Assembly (NCBI GenBank): GCA_966423695.1
Contig: CBJLKR010000001.1
Location: forward strand, 1-39,699
From: an uncultured bacterium
Lineage (GTDB): Bacteria; Chloroflexota; Dormibacteria; Dormibacterales; Dormibacteraceae
Length of the DNA: 39,699 bases
Reading direction: 5' to 3'
Under the pieces are notes generated by a model. It was given only the letters and a program-made list of their open reading frames with translations, ran no database searches and was not told the DNA's origin. Shown here one piece after another: positions 8,491 through 19,168 of the stretch; the stretch's first letter is position 1, and every line of letters starts with the position of its first letter. A program made the position numbers and the translations under genes.

Positions 8491-9952
8491 GCCGGAAGCC
8501 CGAACCCGCGAGGACGATGGCGAGCAGGTTGTGCGTGACGACGATGGACGAGATCAGGCTCGCAACGACACCGAGGGCGAGCGTGATGGCGAAACCCTTC
8601 ACCGCCGCCGGCCCGACGAACCCGAGGATGACGCAGGTGATGATCGTCGAGGTGTTGGAGTCCCGGATCGCGGGCCACGCGCGACGGACGGCCGCGTCCA
8701 CCGCGGCTGTGATGGTTCGCCCGGCGCGGACTTCCTCTTTGAAGCGTTCGAAGATCAGCACGTTGGCGTCGACGGCCATGCCGACCGAGAGGATGAACCC
8801 GGTGATGCCGGCGAGCGTCAGGGTGACCGGAATGACCTTGAAGAGTGCCAGCACCGCGCCCGCGTAGAACAGCAGGGCCAGGCTCGCGAGAAAGCCCGGG
8901 AGGCGGTAGTAGATGATCATGAAGACGACGACGATCGCTAGCCCGAGCAGGCCGGCGGCGAGGCTCAGCTTCACGGATTGCGCGCCCAGAGTCGCGCTGA
9001 CCTGCGTGACGTCAAGCGCGACCAGGTCGACGGGAAGTGAACCGGAGTTGATGCCGGTCGCGAGGTCGTTGGCGCTCTGCTGCGTGAACGAGCCGCTGAT
9101 CTGCGCCTGCCCGCCCGAGATCTCCTGCAAGGTGATCGGGTCGGTCAGGAACTTGCCACAGACGGTGCCCGCGGTCTGGGAGGCGAGGCACTGCGGGTCG
9201 TACTGTCCCGAAACCCTGCCGACGTAGCTCGCGTCTTCCCAATGGTCGATATCGGCCTGCGTCAGGTCGAGCCAGATGGCGAGGTGGCGCCCCGGACAGT
9301 TCGCGCTGGGCTGGCTCGTGTCGCCGGGGCACGCGGCCACGTTCGCGCGCGTCAGGTCGTCGAACTTCGTCGCGCCCGCCGACGTGAACGTGATGTTCAC
9401 GACCCATGACGTGCCCGTCGGGTCGATGCTCGCGCTCGCGCTGGCGATGTCGTCACCGGTCAGGCCCGTCAGCTCCGGCCTGTAACCGGGCTCGGGCGGG
9501 CTCGTGACCTTGTCGTCCTTGACCCATTTCGTGTAGACGAGCTTGGAGACCGCGCCGATCGTGCGCTGCGCCTGGTCCGCGTTGACGCCGGCCAGGTCCA
9601 CGGTGATGCGGTCGTTGCTCGTGCCGGCGCCGCGGATCTCCGGCTCGCTCACGCCGAGCGAGTTGACGCGCTTGTTGATCACGGCGATCGTCCGCTGCTG
9701 CACGTCCGCGCGGTTCTGGCCCGCGGGGAAGTTCGTCAGCTGGTAGTCGATGTGCGTCCCGCCCGCCAGGTCCAGGCCCTTGTGGAAGTACAGCTGCCAG
9801 CCGCCGAAGTTGGGAGGCAGGCCCGCCACGTTGCCGGTCATCGGCAGGTGGTTGGCGACGCGGTAGACGTAGCCGGCGCCATCGACGAAGAGCGAGAAGA
9901 GGAGAACGGCGACGACGAAAAGGCGGACGGGCCAGCTGAGGACTAATTGCAT
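8450..9952 (-). CDS. secD: protein translocase subunit SecD
   Basis: 500 aa with an N-terminal TM, a large periplasmic domain (GLDLAGGTH) and the C-terminal 6-TM SecD/F domain. ATG at 9952. Confidence 0.93.
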   Translation of the reverse strand: MQLVLSWPVRLFVVAVLLFSLFVDGAGYVYRVANHLPMTGNVAGLPPNFGGWQLYFHKGLDLAGGTHIDYQLTNFPAGQNRADVQQRTIAVINKRVNSLGVSEPEIRGAGTSNDRITVDLAGVNADQAQRTIGAVSKLVYTKWVKDDKVTSPPEPGYRPELTGLTGDDIASASASIDPTGTSWVVNITFTSAGATKFDDLTRANVAACPGDTSQPSANCPGRHLAIWLDLTQADIDHWEDASYVGRVSGQYDPQCLASQTAGTVCGKFLTDPITLQEISGGQAQISGSFTQQSANDLATGINSGSLPVDLVALDVTQVSATLGAQSVKLSLAAGLLGLAIVVVFMIIYYRLPGFLASLALLFYAGAVLALFKVIPVTLTLAGITGFILSVGMAVDANVLIFERFKEEVRAGRTITAAVDAAVRRAWPAIRDSNTSTIITCVILGFVGPAAVKGFAITLALGVVASLISSIVVTHNLLAIVLAGSGFRRAGLLGVDRVRAV

Positions 9953-9982
9953 GGGCGGCGAACTAGTCTACGTTCACCCTCC

Positions 9983-10189
9983 TCATCGCTGCCGGAACAC
10001 CAGGTTCAGGACGATCGTGGCCACGATCGAGAGGACGATGCTCGTCGCCAGCGGCAGGTAGATCGTCGTGCCGGCGCTACGGATCGTCAGATCGCCCGGG
10101 AGGTGCAACCGCCCGAACACCATGAGCGCGCCGCCGATCACGACGAGGACGACCCCGAAGACGAGGACCAACCTTCCGGCTTCTGCCAC
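9983..10189 (-). CDS. small membrane protein, DUF2905-like
   Basis: 68 aa with two hydrophobic helices flanking GRLHLPGDLTIR...IYLPLATSIVLSIV, the pattern I recall for DUF2905, which often sits next to ruvB. Confidence 0.6.
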   Translation of the reverse strand: MAEAGRLVLVFGVVLVVIGGALMVFGRLHLPGDLTIRSAGTTIYLPLATSIVLSIVATIVLNLVFRQR

Positions 10190-10196
10190 AACGTAC

Positions 10197-11219
10197 CTAC
10201 AGTAGGCGGGTCTGCTCGGAGGCGGGTGAGGGCGGCGTGATGCCGAGGTGGCGGTAGGCGAGCTCGGTCGCGATGCGGCCGCGAGCCGTCCGCGCGAGGA
10301 AGCCGATCTGGATCAAGTACGGCTCGTGCACGTCTTCGATCGTCTCCGGCTCCTCAGACAGCGACGTCGCGATCGTGTCGAGACCGACCGGGCCGCCCTT
10401 GAACTTGACGATCACCGTGTCGAGCAGCCGGCGGTCGAGCGGCTCGAGGCCGATCTCGTCCACCTCGAGCATGGCCAGCGCCTTACGCGTAGCGTCGACT
10501 GTCGCGCGGCCGTCACCCTTGACCTGGGCGTAGTCGCGCACGCGGCGCAGCAGCCGATTGGCGATTCGCGGCGTTCCCCGGGCGCGGCGGGCGATCTCGA
10601 CCACCGCGTCGGGCTGGATCTCGATGTCCAGTATCCGCGCCGAACGGCTGACGATCTTCTCCAGCTCGGCCTTGGTGTAGAAGTCGAGGCGGTAGACGGC
10701 GCCGAACCGGTCGCGCAGCGGCCCGCTGAGCAAGCCCTGGCGCGTGGTCGCGCCGACGCACGTGAAATGCGGGAGCGGCAGCGTCGCCGCGCTCGCCCCC
10801 ACTCCCTTTCCGAGGACCGCGTCGAACCGGAAGTCCTCGAGCGCCGGGTACAGCGACTCCTCGACGACCGTGTTCAAGCGGTGAATCTCGTCGATGAAGA
10901 AGACGTCGCGCGTGCTGAGGTTCAGCAGGATCGACCCGAGCGCGCCCTGGTGGTCGATCGCCGGACCGGAGCTGACCTTGATGCTCACGCCGAGCTCGTT
11001 GGCGATGATGTGCGCGAGCGTCGTCTTGCCAAGGCCTGGCGGCCCGCACAGCAGCACGTGCTCGACCGGCTCGTCGCGCCGGCGCGCCGCCTCGAGCAGG
11101 ATGCCCAGGTTGTCGCGGACCTGCTCCTGGCCGACGTACTCCGCGAGGAAGCGCGGGCGCAGGGTGAGGTCGAACTGGTCGTCGTCGGAGCGCGCGTCGA
11201 GGACCTTGTTCTCGCTCAT
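10197..11219 (-). CDS. ruvB: Holliday junction branch migration helicase RuvB
   Basis: 340 aa with Walker [10 protein letters not shown], Walker B FIDEIHRL, and [15 protein letters not shown]. Its ATG overlaps the ruvA TGA (ATGA). Confidence 0.97.
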   Translation of the reverse strand: MSENKVLDARSDDDQFDLTLRPRFLAEYVGQEQVRDNLGILLEAARRRDEPVEHVLLCGPPGLGKTTLAHIIANELGVSIKVSSGPAIDHQGALGSILLNLSTRDVFFIDEIHRLNTVVEESLYPALEDFRFDAVLGKGVGASAATLPLPHFTCVGATTRQGLLSGPLRDRFGAVYRLDFYTKAELEKIVSRSARILDIEIQPDAVVEIARRARGTPRIANRLLRRVRDYAQVKGDGRATVDATRKALAMLEVDEIGLEPLDRRLLDTVIVKFKGGPVGLDTIATSLSEEPETIEDVHEPYLIQIGFLARTARGRIATELAYRHLGITPPSPASEQTRLL

Positions 11220-11818
11220 TTTCTACCGAGTGATCTCGGTTCGTTCGCGATCGCCTCCTGCGTGTCCGGTGATGACTTCCAGTCGACCGACTCGATGCCC
11301 GCCCGCGCCTCCTGCGCCGAGTAGCCGAGGTTGCGCAGCGCCGACTCGACCGCCTTGGGCACGGCGCCGTCACCGGCGATCGCGGCCGCGCGGGGCACCG
11401 CTTCCAGCGCCGCGACCGCGTCCAGTCGTGGCTTGAGCTCGATTATCACCTTCGCCGCGGTGCGCGGCCCGACGCCGCTGGCGCGCCTGATCGGCGAAGC
11501 ATCCTCGCCCATGATCGCGCGCTTCAGCACCTCGAGGCTGGCCGCGCTGAGGATGTTGAGGCCGACCTTGGGACCCACGCCGTCGACCTGGATCAGCATC
11601 TCGAAGAGCTCGAGCTCCTCGACCGACGCAAAGCCGTAGAGCGCGAGCTGGTCCTCGCGCACGTGGGTGTGGATGTGAAGCTCGACGTCGCCTCCAGGGG
11701 GCGGCAGCTGCTGGCGCGTCTGCGCAGCGACGGTCACGAGATAGCCGACCCCTCCGACGTCGAGGACGACGAAATCCGGGCCCGCGCGCCGGACCACCCC
11801 ACTCAGATGCGCGATCAC
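11216..11818 (-). CDS. ruvA: Holliday junction DNA-binding protein RuvA
   Basis: Only the last 200 aa of ORF 11216..12244 are real: (V)[27 protein letters not shown]...LYGF...[17 protein letters not shown]...[16 protein letters not shown] 11818..11816 overlaps the ruvC TGA (GTGA). Confidence 0.92.
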   Translation of the reverse strand: MIAHLSGVVRRAGPDFVVLDVGGVGYLVTVAAQTRQQLPPPGGDVELHIHTHVREDQLALYGFASVEELELFEMLIQVDGVGPKVGLNILSAASLEVLKRAIMGEDASPIRRASGVGPRTAAKVIIELKPRLDAVAALEAVPRAAAIAGDGAVPKAVESALRNLGYSAQEARAGIESVDWKSSPDTQEAIANEPRSLGRK

Positions 11819-12339
11819 TGCTGATGGGCGCCCCGCGCGGCCGGCGTCACGGCCGCCCTCGCGAACCGCCGGCTGCGGGCGTGGCACACCGCGATCGCGA
11901 TCGCGTCCCGCGCGTGGTCGTCGAGCTTTCCCTCCGGGAGCTTCACTTGTGCTGAGAGCATGCGCGCGATCTGCGACTTGTCCGCGTTCCCATAGCCGGT
12001 GAGGATCACCTTCACCTGGCTCGGCTTGTACTCGAAGACGGGCACGCCAAGCTCTTCGAGCACGGCCAGGATCGCGCCGCGCGCCTGCGCGACGCCGACG
12101 GCGCTCGTCGCGTTGCGGCCCATGAACAGCTCCTCGATCGAAGCCTCCGCGGGCGTGTGCTCGGTGATGAACTCGCGCAGGTGGTTGGTGATGGTCAGCA
12201 GCCGCGCACCGTCGCGGCCGGGGATCGTGACCACCGTGCTGCACTTCAAGACGAGGTTGGGGTCGGCGAGCAGCGCGAAGCCAGTGCCGGCAAGCCCTGG
12301 ATCGACTCCGAGGATCAGCCCGTTGTTTCGGCCAGGCAT
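11815..12339 (-). CDS. ruvC: crossover junction endodeoxyribonuclease RuvC
   Basis: 174 aa with ILGVDPGLAGTGFAL...ASIEELF...DAIAIAVCH, the RuvC catalytic acidic residues. Confidence 0.93.
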   Translation of the reverse strand: MPGRNNGLILGVDPGLAGTGFALLADPNLVLKCSTVVTIPGRDGARLLTITNHLREFITEHTPAEASIEELFMGRNATSAVGVAQARGAILAVLEELGVPVFEYKPSQVKVILTGYGNADKSQIARMLSAQVKLPEGKLDDHARDAIAIAVCHARSRRFARAAVTPAARGAHQQ

Positions 12340-12353
12340 TTGTCCATCAGCTT

Positions 12354-13109
12354 TTACACCTGTGCAGAAACGCGTTCAAGGACGTCTGTCGGGATGTCGA
12401 AGTTGGCGTAAACCTGCTGGACGTCGTCGTCCTCCTCCAGTGATTCCATCAGCCTGAGCACCGCCGCGGCCTTGTCCTCGCCCACGGCCACCGTCTGCTT
12501 CGGCTGCATCGTGATCTCGGCGTTCTCGACCTTCACGCCGAGCGCCTCGACCGCGGACTTGACCTTCTCGAAGGTGTTCGGCGGCGCTGTGATCTCCACC
12601 GATTTGCCCTCGACCTGAACATCGTCGGCGCCGGCCTCGATCGCCGCGAGACCTACCTCCTCGGGGTCGGCTTTCGCCGCGTGGGCGGCGATCACACCCT
12701 TGCGCTCGAACATCCACCCCACCGAGTTGGTCTCTCCGAGGTTGCCGCCGCCCTTGGAGAACAGGTGCCGGACCGAGGCGGAGGTGCGGTTGCGGTTGTC
12801 GGTCAGGGTGTCGACCATGATCGCGACACCAGCGGGACCGTAGCCCTCGTAGCGCACCTCTTCCAGGCGGTCGCCAGCGAGCTCGCCGGTACCGCGCTGG
12901 ATCGCGTTCTTGATGCGGTCGGCCGGCATGTTGATCTCGCGTGCCTTCTGGACCGCCAGCCGCAGCCGGAAATTGCCCTCCGGGTTGCCGCCGCCTTCGC
13001 GGGCCGCGATCGTGATCTCACGGCTGGCGCGCGTGAACGCCTGCCCGCGCTTGGCGTCGACGACGGCCTTCTTGTGCTTGATCCCGGCCCACTTGGAATG
13101 ACCGGACAC
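12354..13109 (-). CDS. yebC: YebC/PmpR family DNA-binding transcriptional regulator
   Basis: MSGHSKWAGIKHKKAVVDAKRGQAF... is the diagnostic YebC N-terminus. GTG start with GGAGGG 9 nt upstream. Confidence 0.95.
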   Translation of the reverse strand: MSGHSKWAGIKHKKAVVDAKRGQAFTRASREITIAAREGGGNPEGNFRLRLAVQKAREINMPADRIKNAIQRGTGELAGDRLEEVRYEGYGPAGVAIMVDTLTDNRNRTSASVRHLFSKGGGNLGETNSVGWMFERKGVIAAHAAKADPEEVGLAAIEAGADDVQVEGKSVEITAPPNTFEKVKSAVEALGVKVENAEITMQPKQTVAVGEDKAAAVLRLMESLEEDDDVQQVYANFDIPTDVLERVSAQV

Positions 13110-13139
13110 TTAGAGGCGCCCTCCGAACATGCTTTCGAA

Positions 13140-14306
13140 TTATCTCACGAGGATTCGCACCGGCGACGACTTGCCAACCTGCAGAGTTGCATCGCCCGTG
13201 AACTGATATTCGATTCCGACCTTCTCCCCGTCAACCCTTACTCCACGCTGTTCGACGAGCCGGCGGGCTTCCCGGCCGCTCTGGGCTCGACGCGTATCCA
13301 TGAGGACCGTGACGATGTCACGCCGCTGCGGCTCGGCGCGGTGTGTCTCAGCTATTTCCACTGGAACCTCACGACGCCGGAAGCGACTGTCGAAGTCTTC
13401 CTCGGCGCCCCGCGCGGCCTCCTCGCCGTGCAGCCGCTTCACCAACTGACGCGCGAGCGCGGCCTTGGCGTCCCGCGGCTTCATCGCCAGGACGCGCGAC
13501 TGTTCGCCTGCGTCGAGGCCGGACGTCAGAAGCACGTACTTAGCGATAAGCGCGTCGGGGATCGACATCGTCTTCCCGTAGACCTGCTCCGGCGGCTCGG
13601 TCAGCGCAATGAAGTTGCCGAGCGATTTGGACATCTTCTGCACTCCATCGGTGCCTTCGACGAGCGGGAACACCGCGATATCCTGCGGTTCCTGGCCGTA
13701 CGCCTTCTGGATCTCGCGTCCGAACAACAGGTTGAAGAGCTGGTCCGTGCCGCCGATCTCGACGTCCGCATTCACCGCGACCGAGTCGTACGCCTGGTTG
13801 AACGGGTAGAGGATCTCGTGGGCGCTGATCGGCGTACCGGCCTTGATCCGGTCGGCGAAGTCCTCGCGCTGCAGCACCTGCTGGAGCGTCGCCTTGGCGA
13901 GCAGCCGGAGGACATCGGCCGCAGTCAATTTCGCGAGCCACTCCGAGTTGTGCCTGACTTCGATCTTGCTCCGGTCGAGCACGAGGTCCAGCTGCTTGAA
14001 GTACGTCTCGGCGTTGCGCTCGATCTCCCCCTCGCTGAGCATCGGGCGGGTCGCCGACCGTCCGCTCGGGTCGCCGATGAGCGCGGTGTAGTCGCCGATG
14101 ATGACGACGACCGTGTGCCCTTCCTCTTGAAACATCCGCAGCGTGTCGAGGACGACGAGGTGGCCGACGTGAAGATCCGGCGCGGTCGGGTCCAGCCCGA
14201 GCTTGACCCGCAGCCTGTCACCGCGCTCGAGGCGCCCGCGGAGGTGCTCTTCCACGTGGATCTGCACCGCCCTCTGCCGAAGGCGTTCGAAGAACCCCTC
14301 ACTCAC
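13140..14306 (-). CDS. tyrS: tyrosine--tRNA ligase
   Basis: 388 aa with class I motifs HVGH (LHVGHLV) and KMSKS, plus a C-terminal S4-like domain. Confidence 0.95.
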   Translation of the reverse strand: MSEGFFERLRQRAVQIHVEEHLRGRLERGDRLRVKLGLDPTAPDLHVGHLVVLDTLRMFQEEGHTVVVIIGDYTALIGDPSGRSATRPMLSEGEIERNAETYFKQLDLVLDRSKIEVRHNSEWLAKLTAADVLRLLAKATLQQVLQREDFADRIKAGTPISAHEILYPFNQAYDSVAVNADVEIGGTDQLFNLLFGREIQKAYGQEPQDIAVFPLVEGTDGVQKMSKSLGNFIALTEPPEQVYGKTMSIPDALIAKYVLLTSGLDAGEQSRVLAMKPRDAKAALARQLVKRLHGEEAARGAEEDFDSRFRRREVPVEIAETHRAEPQRRDIVTVLMDTRRAQSGREARRLVEQRGVRVDGEKVGIEYQFTGDATLQVGKSSPVRILVR

Positions 14307-14316
14307 CGTCTGAAGC

Positions 14317-14871
14317 CTAGGGGTTTACCGGTCCAGGGCCGAAGTAGACCTGCGGGTCGCCCGGCAGGAGCGGCGAGAACAGGGCGATGATCGGACGGTC
14401 GATCGCGTTGACGAGGTTGACCATGAAGGCCGAGTGCCTGACGGAGTCGCGCAAGCCGCTCTGCACGGCATCGAGCTGCGCGCCGCCGACGGGGTTCGCG
14501 GCCATCTCCAGCTCGTAGACCATCACGACCGACAGCAGCACGGCGGTGAGCACGCCGAGCGCGACGCCGAGCGTCCGGTTCAGAACCACCGCCTGGATCT
14601 GGATCTGCGAATGCGCTAGCTGCGTCGCCGCTTCGACGATCAGCAGCACGGCGACGACGATGCCGAAGAAGCCGTAGATGCGCCCGTCGGGCGCCTCGAA
14701 GCTCGACGTCTGCTGGAGGATCGCGCCGGCCTGCAGACCCATGTTGGTCGCGGCCCACAGCGCGATGAAGACCGCGACAAGCCCTATGAACCTCCGGATT
14801 AGTCCGCTGAAGAATCCGCCGACGCCATAGGCGACGAGCAGGAGCACGGGAAAGATGTCGATCCAGGTCAC
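14317..14871 (-). CDS. cvpA: CvpA family membrane protein
   Basis: 184 aa with 4 predicted TM helices. N-terminal MTWIDIFPVLLLVAYGVGGFFSGLIR is typical of the colicin V production (CvpA) family. GTG start. Confidence 0.7.
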   Translation of the reverse strand: MTWIDIFPVLLLVAYGVGGFFSGLIRRFIGLVAVFIALWAATNMGLQAGAILQQTSSFEAPDGRIYGFFGIVVAVLLIVEAATQLAHSQIQIQAVVLNRTLGVALGVLTAVLLSVVMVYELEMAANPVGGAQLDAVQSGLRDSVRHSAFMVNLVNAIDRPIIALFSPLLPGDPQVYFGPGPVNP

Positions 14872-14890
14872 TTGCTGCTTCCCCCCGGCG

Positions 14891-14906
14891 GCACGCCAAA
14901 GCGTGC
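14891..14906 (-). other. intercistronic stem-loop between pheT and cvpA
   Basis: GCACGC-tttg-GCGTGC (6 bp stem, 4 nt loop) about 17 nt after the pheT stop. No U-tract, so the function (processing/stability or weak terminator) is unknown. Confidence 0.25.
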
Positions 14907-14923
14907 TAAATGTGCGTCAGGAT

Positions 14924-17311
14924 TCACTCTCTGAACCTGGCGCCGTGTCTCTTCTCCAGCCCCAGTCTGATCTCCGCCATCACTCTGTCCACTTCAGCGT
15001 CCGTCAGGGTGCGCTCCGGGCTTCGGAAAGTCAAGGTGAATGCGATGCTCTTGCTACCTTCGGCGACCTGCGCCCCGCGGTACTCGTCAAACGCACGAGC
15101 GTGCTCCAGGAGTTCCCCGCCGAGTTCCTCGATCCCCTGCAGGATGACTCCGGCGGACACGGTGTCCTCGACGACGACCGCCAGGTCGCGCTGGACCGCC
15201 GGGAACTTCGGCAGCGGGTGCGCCCGCGGCACACGGGCCGCGGCGAGCACCGGCTCGACGTCGACCTCGAAGGCGACGACACGCGACGCGATGCCCTGCG
15301 TGACGCTCGGGTGCAGCTCGCCCAGGTAGCCGAGCTGCCGCCCGTCCAGCACCACCGCGGCGCACCGGCCAGGGTGGAACAGCTGCGCGGCCGCGCGGTC
15401 GTAGGACAGCGCGGGTGCGGACAGCGACGCGACGCAGGCGTCGAGCACCGACTTCAGACGCCGGAAGGCCAGCTCACCTGACTCCGCGGTCGCTCCCGCG
15501 GTGGCGACGGCTGCGAGCCGGAGCGGCTCGTCCGGTTGGGTCGCCTTGTCGCCCACCTTCGCCAGAAAAGCCGTCGCGATCTCGTACACGCGGACCTCGT
15601 CGCGGCCGCGATCGCGATTGATGGCCACCGCGTCGATGAGCGAAGGCAGCAGCGACGTGCGAAGCGTGTCCATATCGTCGCTGAGCGGGTTCTGAACCCG
15701 CATCGCGTGGGCCGCGATCCGCAGCTCCTCCAGCTTCCGTCCCGGCACCAGGGCCGGGTTCCACGTTTCGGTGAACCCGGCCCCCGCGAGCGCCTCCCGC
15801 GCCGCGTCGAGCCGGCGGTCGGTGCTTTCGGTCAGCGGTGTCCACTGCTCGTGTCGCCTCCCCGGAAGCGTCGGCGGAACGCGGTCGTAGCCGTAGACGC
15901 GGCCGACCTCTTCGACGATGTCCTCGGGGATCGTCACGTCGAGCCTGAAAACGGGCGGCAGGATGTCCCACCCGCCGTCGCCGCCGACCTTGACGTGGAA
16001 GTTGAGGCGCTTGAGGATGCCTTCGGCCTCTTCCAGCGGCACGTGCGTACCGAGCACCGAATCGATGAGCGCGGGGTCGAGGTTGACCTTCACCGGCTGC
16101 TGGGGGCGCGGATAGACGTCGGCCCACTCCCTGTGCACCTTGCCGCCGGCGAGCTCGGCGATGAGCGACGCCGCGCGACGAGCACCGGCAAGCGCGAGCT
16201 CGGGAGGAAGCGCGCGTTCGAATCGCGCAGAGGCCTCGGTGCGAAGCCCGAACGCGCGCGAGGTCTGCCGGATGTTCGGTCCGTGGAAGGTCGCCGATTC
16301 CAGCAGGATGTCGGTAGTCGAGTCGGTTACGGCCGTTTCCTCACCTCCGATCACGCCCGCGAGCGCAACCGGACGGCGCGCGTCGGCGATCGCCAGCATC
16401 TCCGGCGTGAGCTCGCGCTCGACGCCGTCGAGACAGAGCAGCTTCTCTCCTGCTCGCGCGCGGCGCACGTGGATCGCGGGGCCGTCGAGCTTCGCCATAT
16501 CGAACGCGTGCAGCGGCTGCGCGTACTCCAGCAGCACGTAGTTCGTGACGTCGACGATGTTGTTGATCGGACGCACGCCCGCGGCACGCAGGCGGCGCTG
16601 GATCCACTCTGGGCTCGGGCCCACCTTCACGCCAGTGATGACGCCGCCGATATAGCGGCTGCAGAGCTCGGCATCGTCGATCGCAACCTCGACCATCTCG
16701 CGCCCCGATGGCTCGGCGCGGCCGGTGAACGACGGCATGAAGTCGCGCTTCATCGGCCGGTCGAGGCCGGCCGCGAGCTCTCGGGCGATGCCCAGGTGGC
16801 CCATGCAGTCCGGGCGGTTGGACGTGACCTCGGCCTCCATGATCGCCTGGCTCGGGATCACCGATGTCAACGGATCCCCTGGCGCGCCCCGATCGAGGAT
16901 GAGGATCTTTCGTTCCGAGTGATCGCCTCCGAGGAGCAGCTCGTCGGAAGAGCACAGCATCCCCGCCGACCTGTAGTTGGCGATCGTCGCGTCCCTCACG
17001 GCGGTGCCGTTCGGCACCGTCGTGCCCGGCAGCGCGACCGGGACGAGTGATCCGGCCACGGCGTTGGGCGCGCCGGCGATGATCTGCTCGAGCTTGCCGC
17101 CACCCAGCTCGACCAGGTGAATCCACAGGGGATTGCGCGAGGCGGGGTGCGGGACCTGCTCCAGGATCTTGCCGATGACGATGTTCGACAGGTCGACCAT
17201 GGTGAGGGACTCGACCTCGACGCCCTGGCGCGTGAGCACGTCGGCCGCATCCTTCGGCGTCACGCCGTCGAGGTCGACGAAGTCGCCGAGCCATTCGTAA
17301 GAGATCCTCAT
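14924..17311 (-). CDS. pheT: phenylalanine--tRNA ligase beta subunit
   Basis: 795 aa starting MRISYEWLGDFVDL, with tRNA-binding, B3/4, B5 and FDX-ACB domain order. Sits downstream of pheS. Confidence 0.96.
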   Translation of the reverse strand: MRISYEWLGDFVDLDGVTPKDAADVLTRQGVEVESLTMVDLSNIVIGKILEQVPHPASRNPLWIHLVELGGGKLEQIIAGAPNAVAGSLVPVALPGTTVPNGTAVRDATIANYRSAGMLCSSDELLLGGDHSERKILILDRGAPGDPLTSVIPSQAIMEAEVTSNRPDCMGHLGIARELAAGLDRPMKRDFMPSFTGRAEPSGREMVEVAIDDAELCSRYIGGVITGVKVGPSPEWIQRRLRAAGVRPINNIVDVTNYVLLEYAQPLHAFDMAKLDGPAIHVRRARAGEKLLCLDGVERELTPEMLAIADARRPVALAGVIGGEETAVTDSTTDILLESATFHGPNIRQTSRAFGLRTEASARFERALPPELALAGARRAASLIAELAGGKVHREWADVYPRPQQPVKVNLDPALIDSVLGTHVPLEEAEGILKRLNFHVKVGGDGGWDILPPVFRLDVTIPEDIVEEVGRVYGYDRVPPTLPGRRHEQWTPLTESTDRRLDAAREALAGAGFTETWNPALVPGRKLEELRIAAHAMRVQNPLSDDMDTLRTSLLPSLIDAVAINRDRGRDEVRVYEIATAFLAKVGDKATQPDEPLRLAAVATAGATAESGELAFRRLKSVLDACVASLSAPALSYDRAAAQLFHPGRCAAVVLDGRQLGYLGELHPSVTQGIASRVVAFEVDVEPVLAAARVPRAHPLPKFPAVQRDLAVVVEDTVSAGVILQGIEELGGELLEHARAFDEYRGAQVAEGSKSIAFTLTFRSPERTLTDAEVDRVMAEIRLGLEKRHGARFRE

Positions 17312-17369
17312 CGCCGCGCCCGCCGCTCCGACCGAGCGGTCTTGCGCCGGACCCCCGCGTCAGCAGCCA

Positions 17370-18392
17370 TCAGAACTGCTCCAAAAATCGCAGGTCCGGC
17401 TCATAGAAGAGGCGGATATCGTCGACGTCGTGTTTGAGCATCGCCATGCGCTCGATCCCGAAGCCCCACGCGTAGCCATTCCACTGCGCGGGATCGATGC
17501 CGCCGTTGCGCAGGACCTGCGGGTGGACCATGCCGCAGCCCCCGACCTCGAGCCATCCCTTGTGCCGGCAGCTCTTGCAGCCGATGCCGCCGCAGATGCC
17601 GCACGAGACGTCGAACTCGAAGCTGGGCTCGGTGAACGGGAAGTAGCTCGGGCGCACGCGCACCTTCCGGTCGGCGCCGTACAGCGACTGGATCATGTAG
17701 AGCAGCGTCCCCTTCATGTCGCCGACCGTCAGCCCCTTGTCGACGGCAAGCCCCTCGACCTGGCTGAAGTACGGAAGGCGCGTGGCCTCGGGCGCGTCTC
17801 GGCGGTAGCAGCGTCCGGGGGTGATGATGTAGATCGGCGGCTCCTTGATCCGCTGCATGGCGTGGATCTGCACCGGTGAGGTGTGCGCGCGCAGCAGCAG
17901 CTCAGGGCTGAAGTAAAACGAGTCCCAGTTCTCGCGCGCCGGGTGACCCTGCGCGATGTTGAGCGCCTCGAAGTTGAACCACTCGGTCTCGACCTCAGGC
18001 CCCAGCTCGACCTGGTAGCCGAGCGACTCGAGCACGGTCTCGATCTGCCGCCGGACCTGCGTCAGCACGTGGATGTGGCCGCGGCCGAGCGGCGGGCCGG
18101 GAAAGGTGATGTCGGTCGCCTCGGTCTCGGCGAGGTCGGCGAGCCGCGCCTGGTCGAGCTCCGATCGCCTTGCCGCGAGCGCCCCCTCGATCGCCCGCTT
18201 CGACTCGTTGGCGGCCTTGCCGAGCGCCGCACGCTCAGCGGGAGCGAGCGAGCCGATGTTGCTCAGGAGCGCGCTGATCCGCCCGCTCTTGCGGCCGAGG
18301 TACTCGACCTCGATCCGATCTAGGTCGGCAGGCGATGGCGCGCTTGCGATCGCGGCCAGAGCCTGGCTGGTCAGCGCCTGCGCGTCGCTCAC
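17370..18392 (-). CDS. pheS: phenylalanine--tRNA ligase alpha subunit
   Basis: The real protein starts at GTG 18392..18390: (V)[36 protein letters not shown]... It carries class II motifs (FRxE-like, GxGxGxER: GFGIERMAML). The start overlaps the upstream TGA (GTGA). The first 78 aa of track ORF 17370..18626 are rejected. Confidence 0.95.
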   Translation of the reverse strand: MSDAQALTSQALAAIASAPSPADLDRIEVEYLGRKSGRISALLSNIGSLAPAERAALGKAANESKRAIEGALAARRSELDQARLADLAETEATDITFPGPPLGRGHIHVLTQVRRQIETVLESLGYQVELGPEVETEWFNFEALNIAQGHPARENWDSFYFSPELLLRAHTSPVQIHAMQRIKEPPIYIITPGRCYRRDAPEATRLPYFSQVEGLAVDKGLTVGDMKGTLLYMIQSLYGADRKVRVRPSYFPFTEPSFEFDVSCGICGGIGCKSCRHKGWLEVGGCGMVHPQVLRNGGIDPAQWNGYAWGFGIERMAMLKHDVDDIRLFYEPDLRFLEQF

Positions 18393-19168
18393 GTGGCCTT
18401 TCTCCGGCGGATCTCGAACAGGATGACAGCCGCCGCCGCCGCGACGTTGAGCGACTCGACGCCTTCCGTCAACGGCACCGTGACGAGGCGGAGGTCCTGG
18501 CGCGAGAGGCCGTGGGCTTCGCTGCCGAGCACGATCATGCCCGCTGACTGTATCGGCGTCTCGGCCACCGGCGCACCGCCGGTCGCCGCGGCGCCGTAGC
18601 CGTCGAGCGTCTCGAGGTCCTTCCACGCCGCCCGGGCGACCTTCATGCGGAACACGTTGCCCGCGGACGCGCGCACGGCCTTTGGCCCGTACGGATCGGC
18701 GGTTCCCGGAAGCACGACCAGCGCCGGGGCGCCCGCCGCGGCCGCCGTGCGTGCGATGGCGCCCACGTTCCCGGGGTCCTGGACGCGGTCGAGGACGATG
18801 AGCGGCCAGCCGGCCACGCGAGCCGCCTCGATCGCATCGGCGGCAGAGGCTTCGTGGATCCGCGCGATCGCGATCGCACCCTGCGGGGTGACGGTCTGCG
18901 TCGCCGCCCGGAAGGCGGCGGGCGTGAGCGTCAGTCGGGACTCGGTGCGGAAGGGCAGCCTGTCGCCTTCGCGGACGGCGATGAGCTCAAACTCGAGGCC
19001 CGCGGCCTTCGCCTCCTCGAGCACGCGCGGACCTTCCAGGAGGACGAAGCCTGGTTCGCGCCGGGCGGCGAGGCGGCGGAAGCGGCGAACGACCTCGTTG
19101 TCCGGGCTGGTTATGAGCCGCTCGTCGGCTCTAGAGGTTTTCTTTTGCAACCTCCACCAGCCGGGCAA
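18389..19168 (-). CDS. TrmH/SpoU family RNA 2'-O-methyltransferase (RlmB-like)
   Basis: SpoU substrate-binding N-domain ([15 protein letters not shown]...[11 protein letters not shown]) and methylase motifs ([34 protein letters not shown]). The start is uncertain: TTG 19168 has no SD and overlaps rplT by 38 nt. An ATA at 19114 is an alternative. Confidence 0.85.
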   Translation of the reverse strand: MPGWWRLQKKTSRADERLITSPDNEVVRRFRRLAARREPGFVLLEGPRVLEEAKAAGLEFELIAVREGDRLPFRTESRLTLTPAAFRAATQTVTPQGAIAIARIHEASAADAIEAARVAGWPLIVLDRVQDPGNVGAIARTAAAAGAPALVVLPGTADPYGPKAVRASAGNVFRMKVARAAWKDLETLDGYGAAATGGAPVAETPIQSAGMIVLGSEAHGLSRQDLRLVTVPLTEGVESLNVAAAAAVILFEIRRRKAT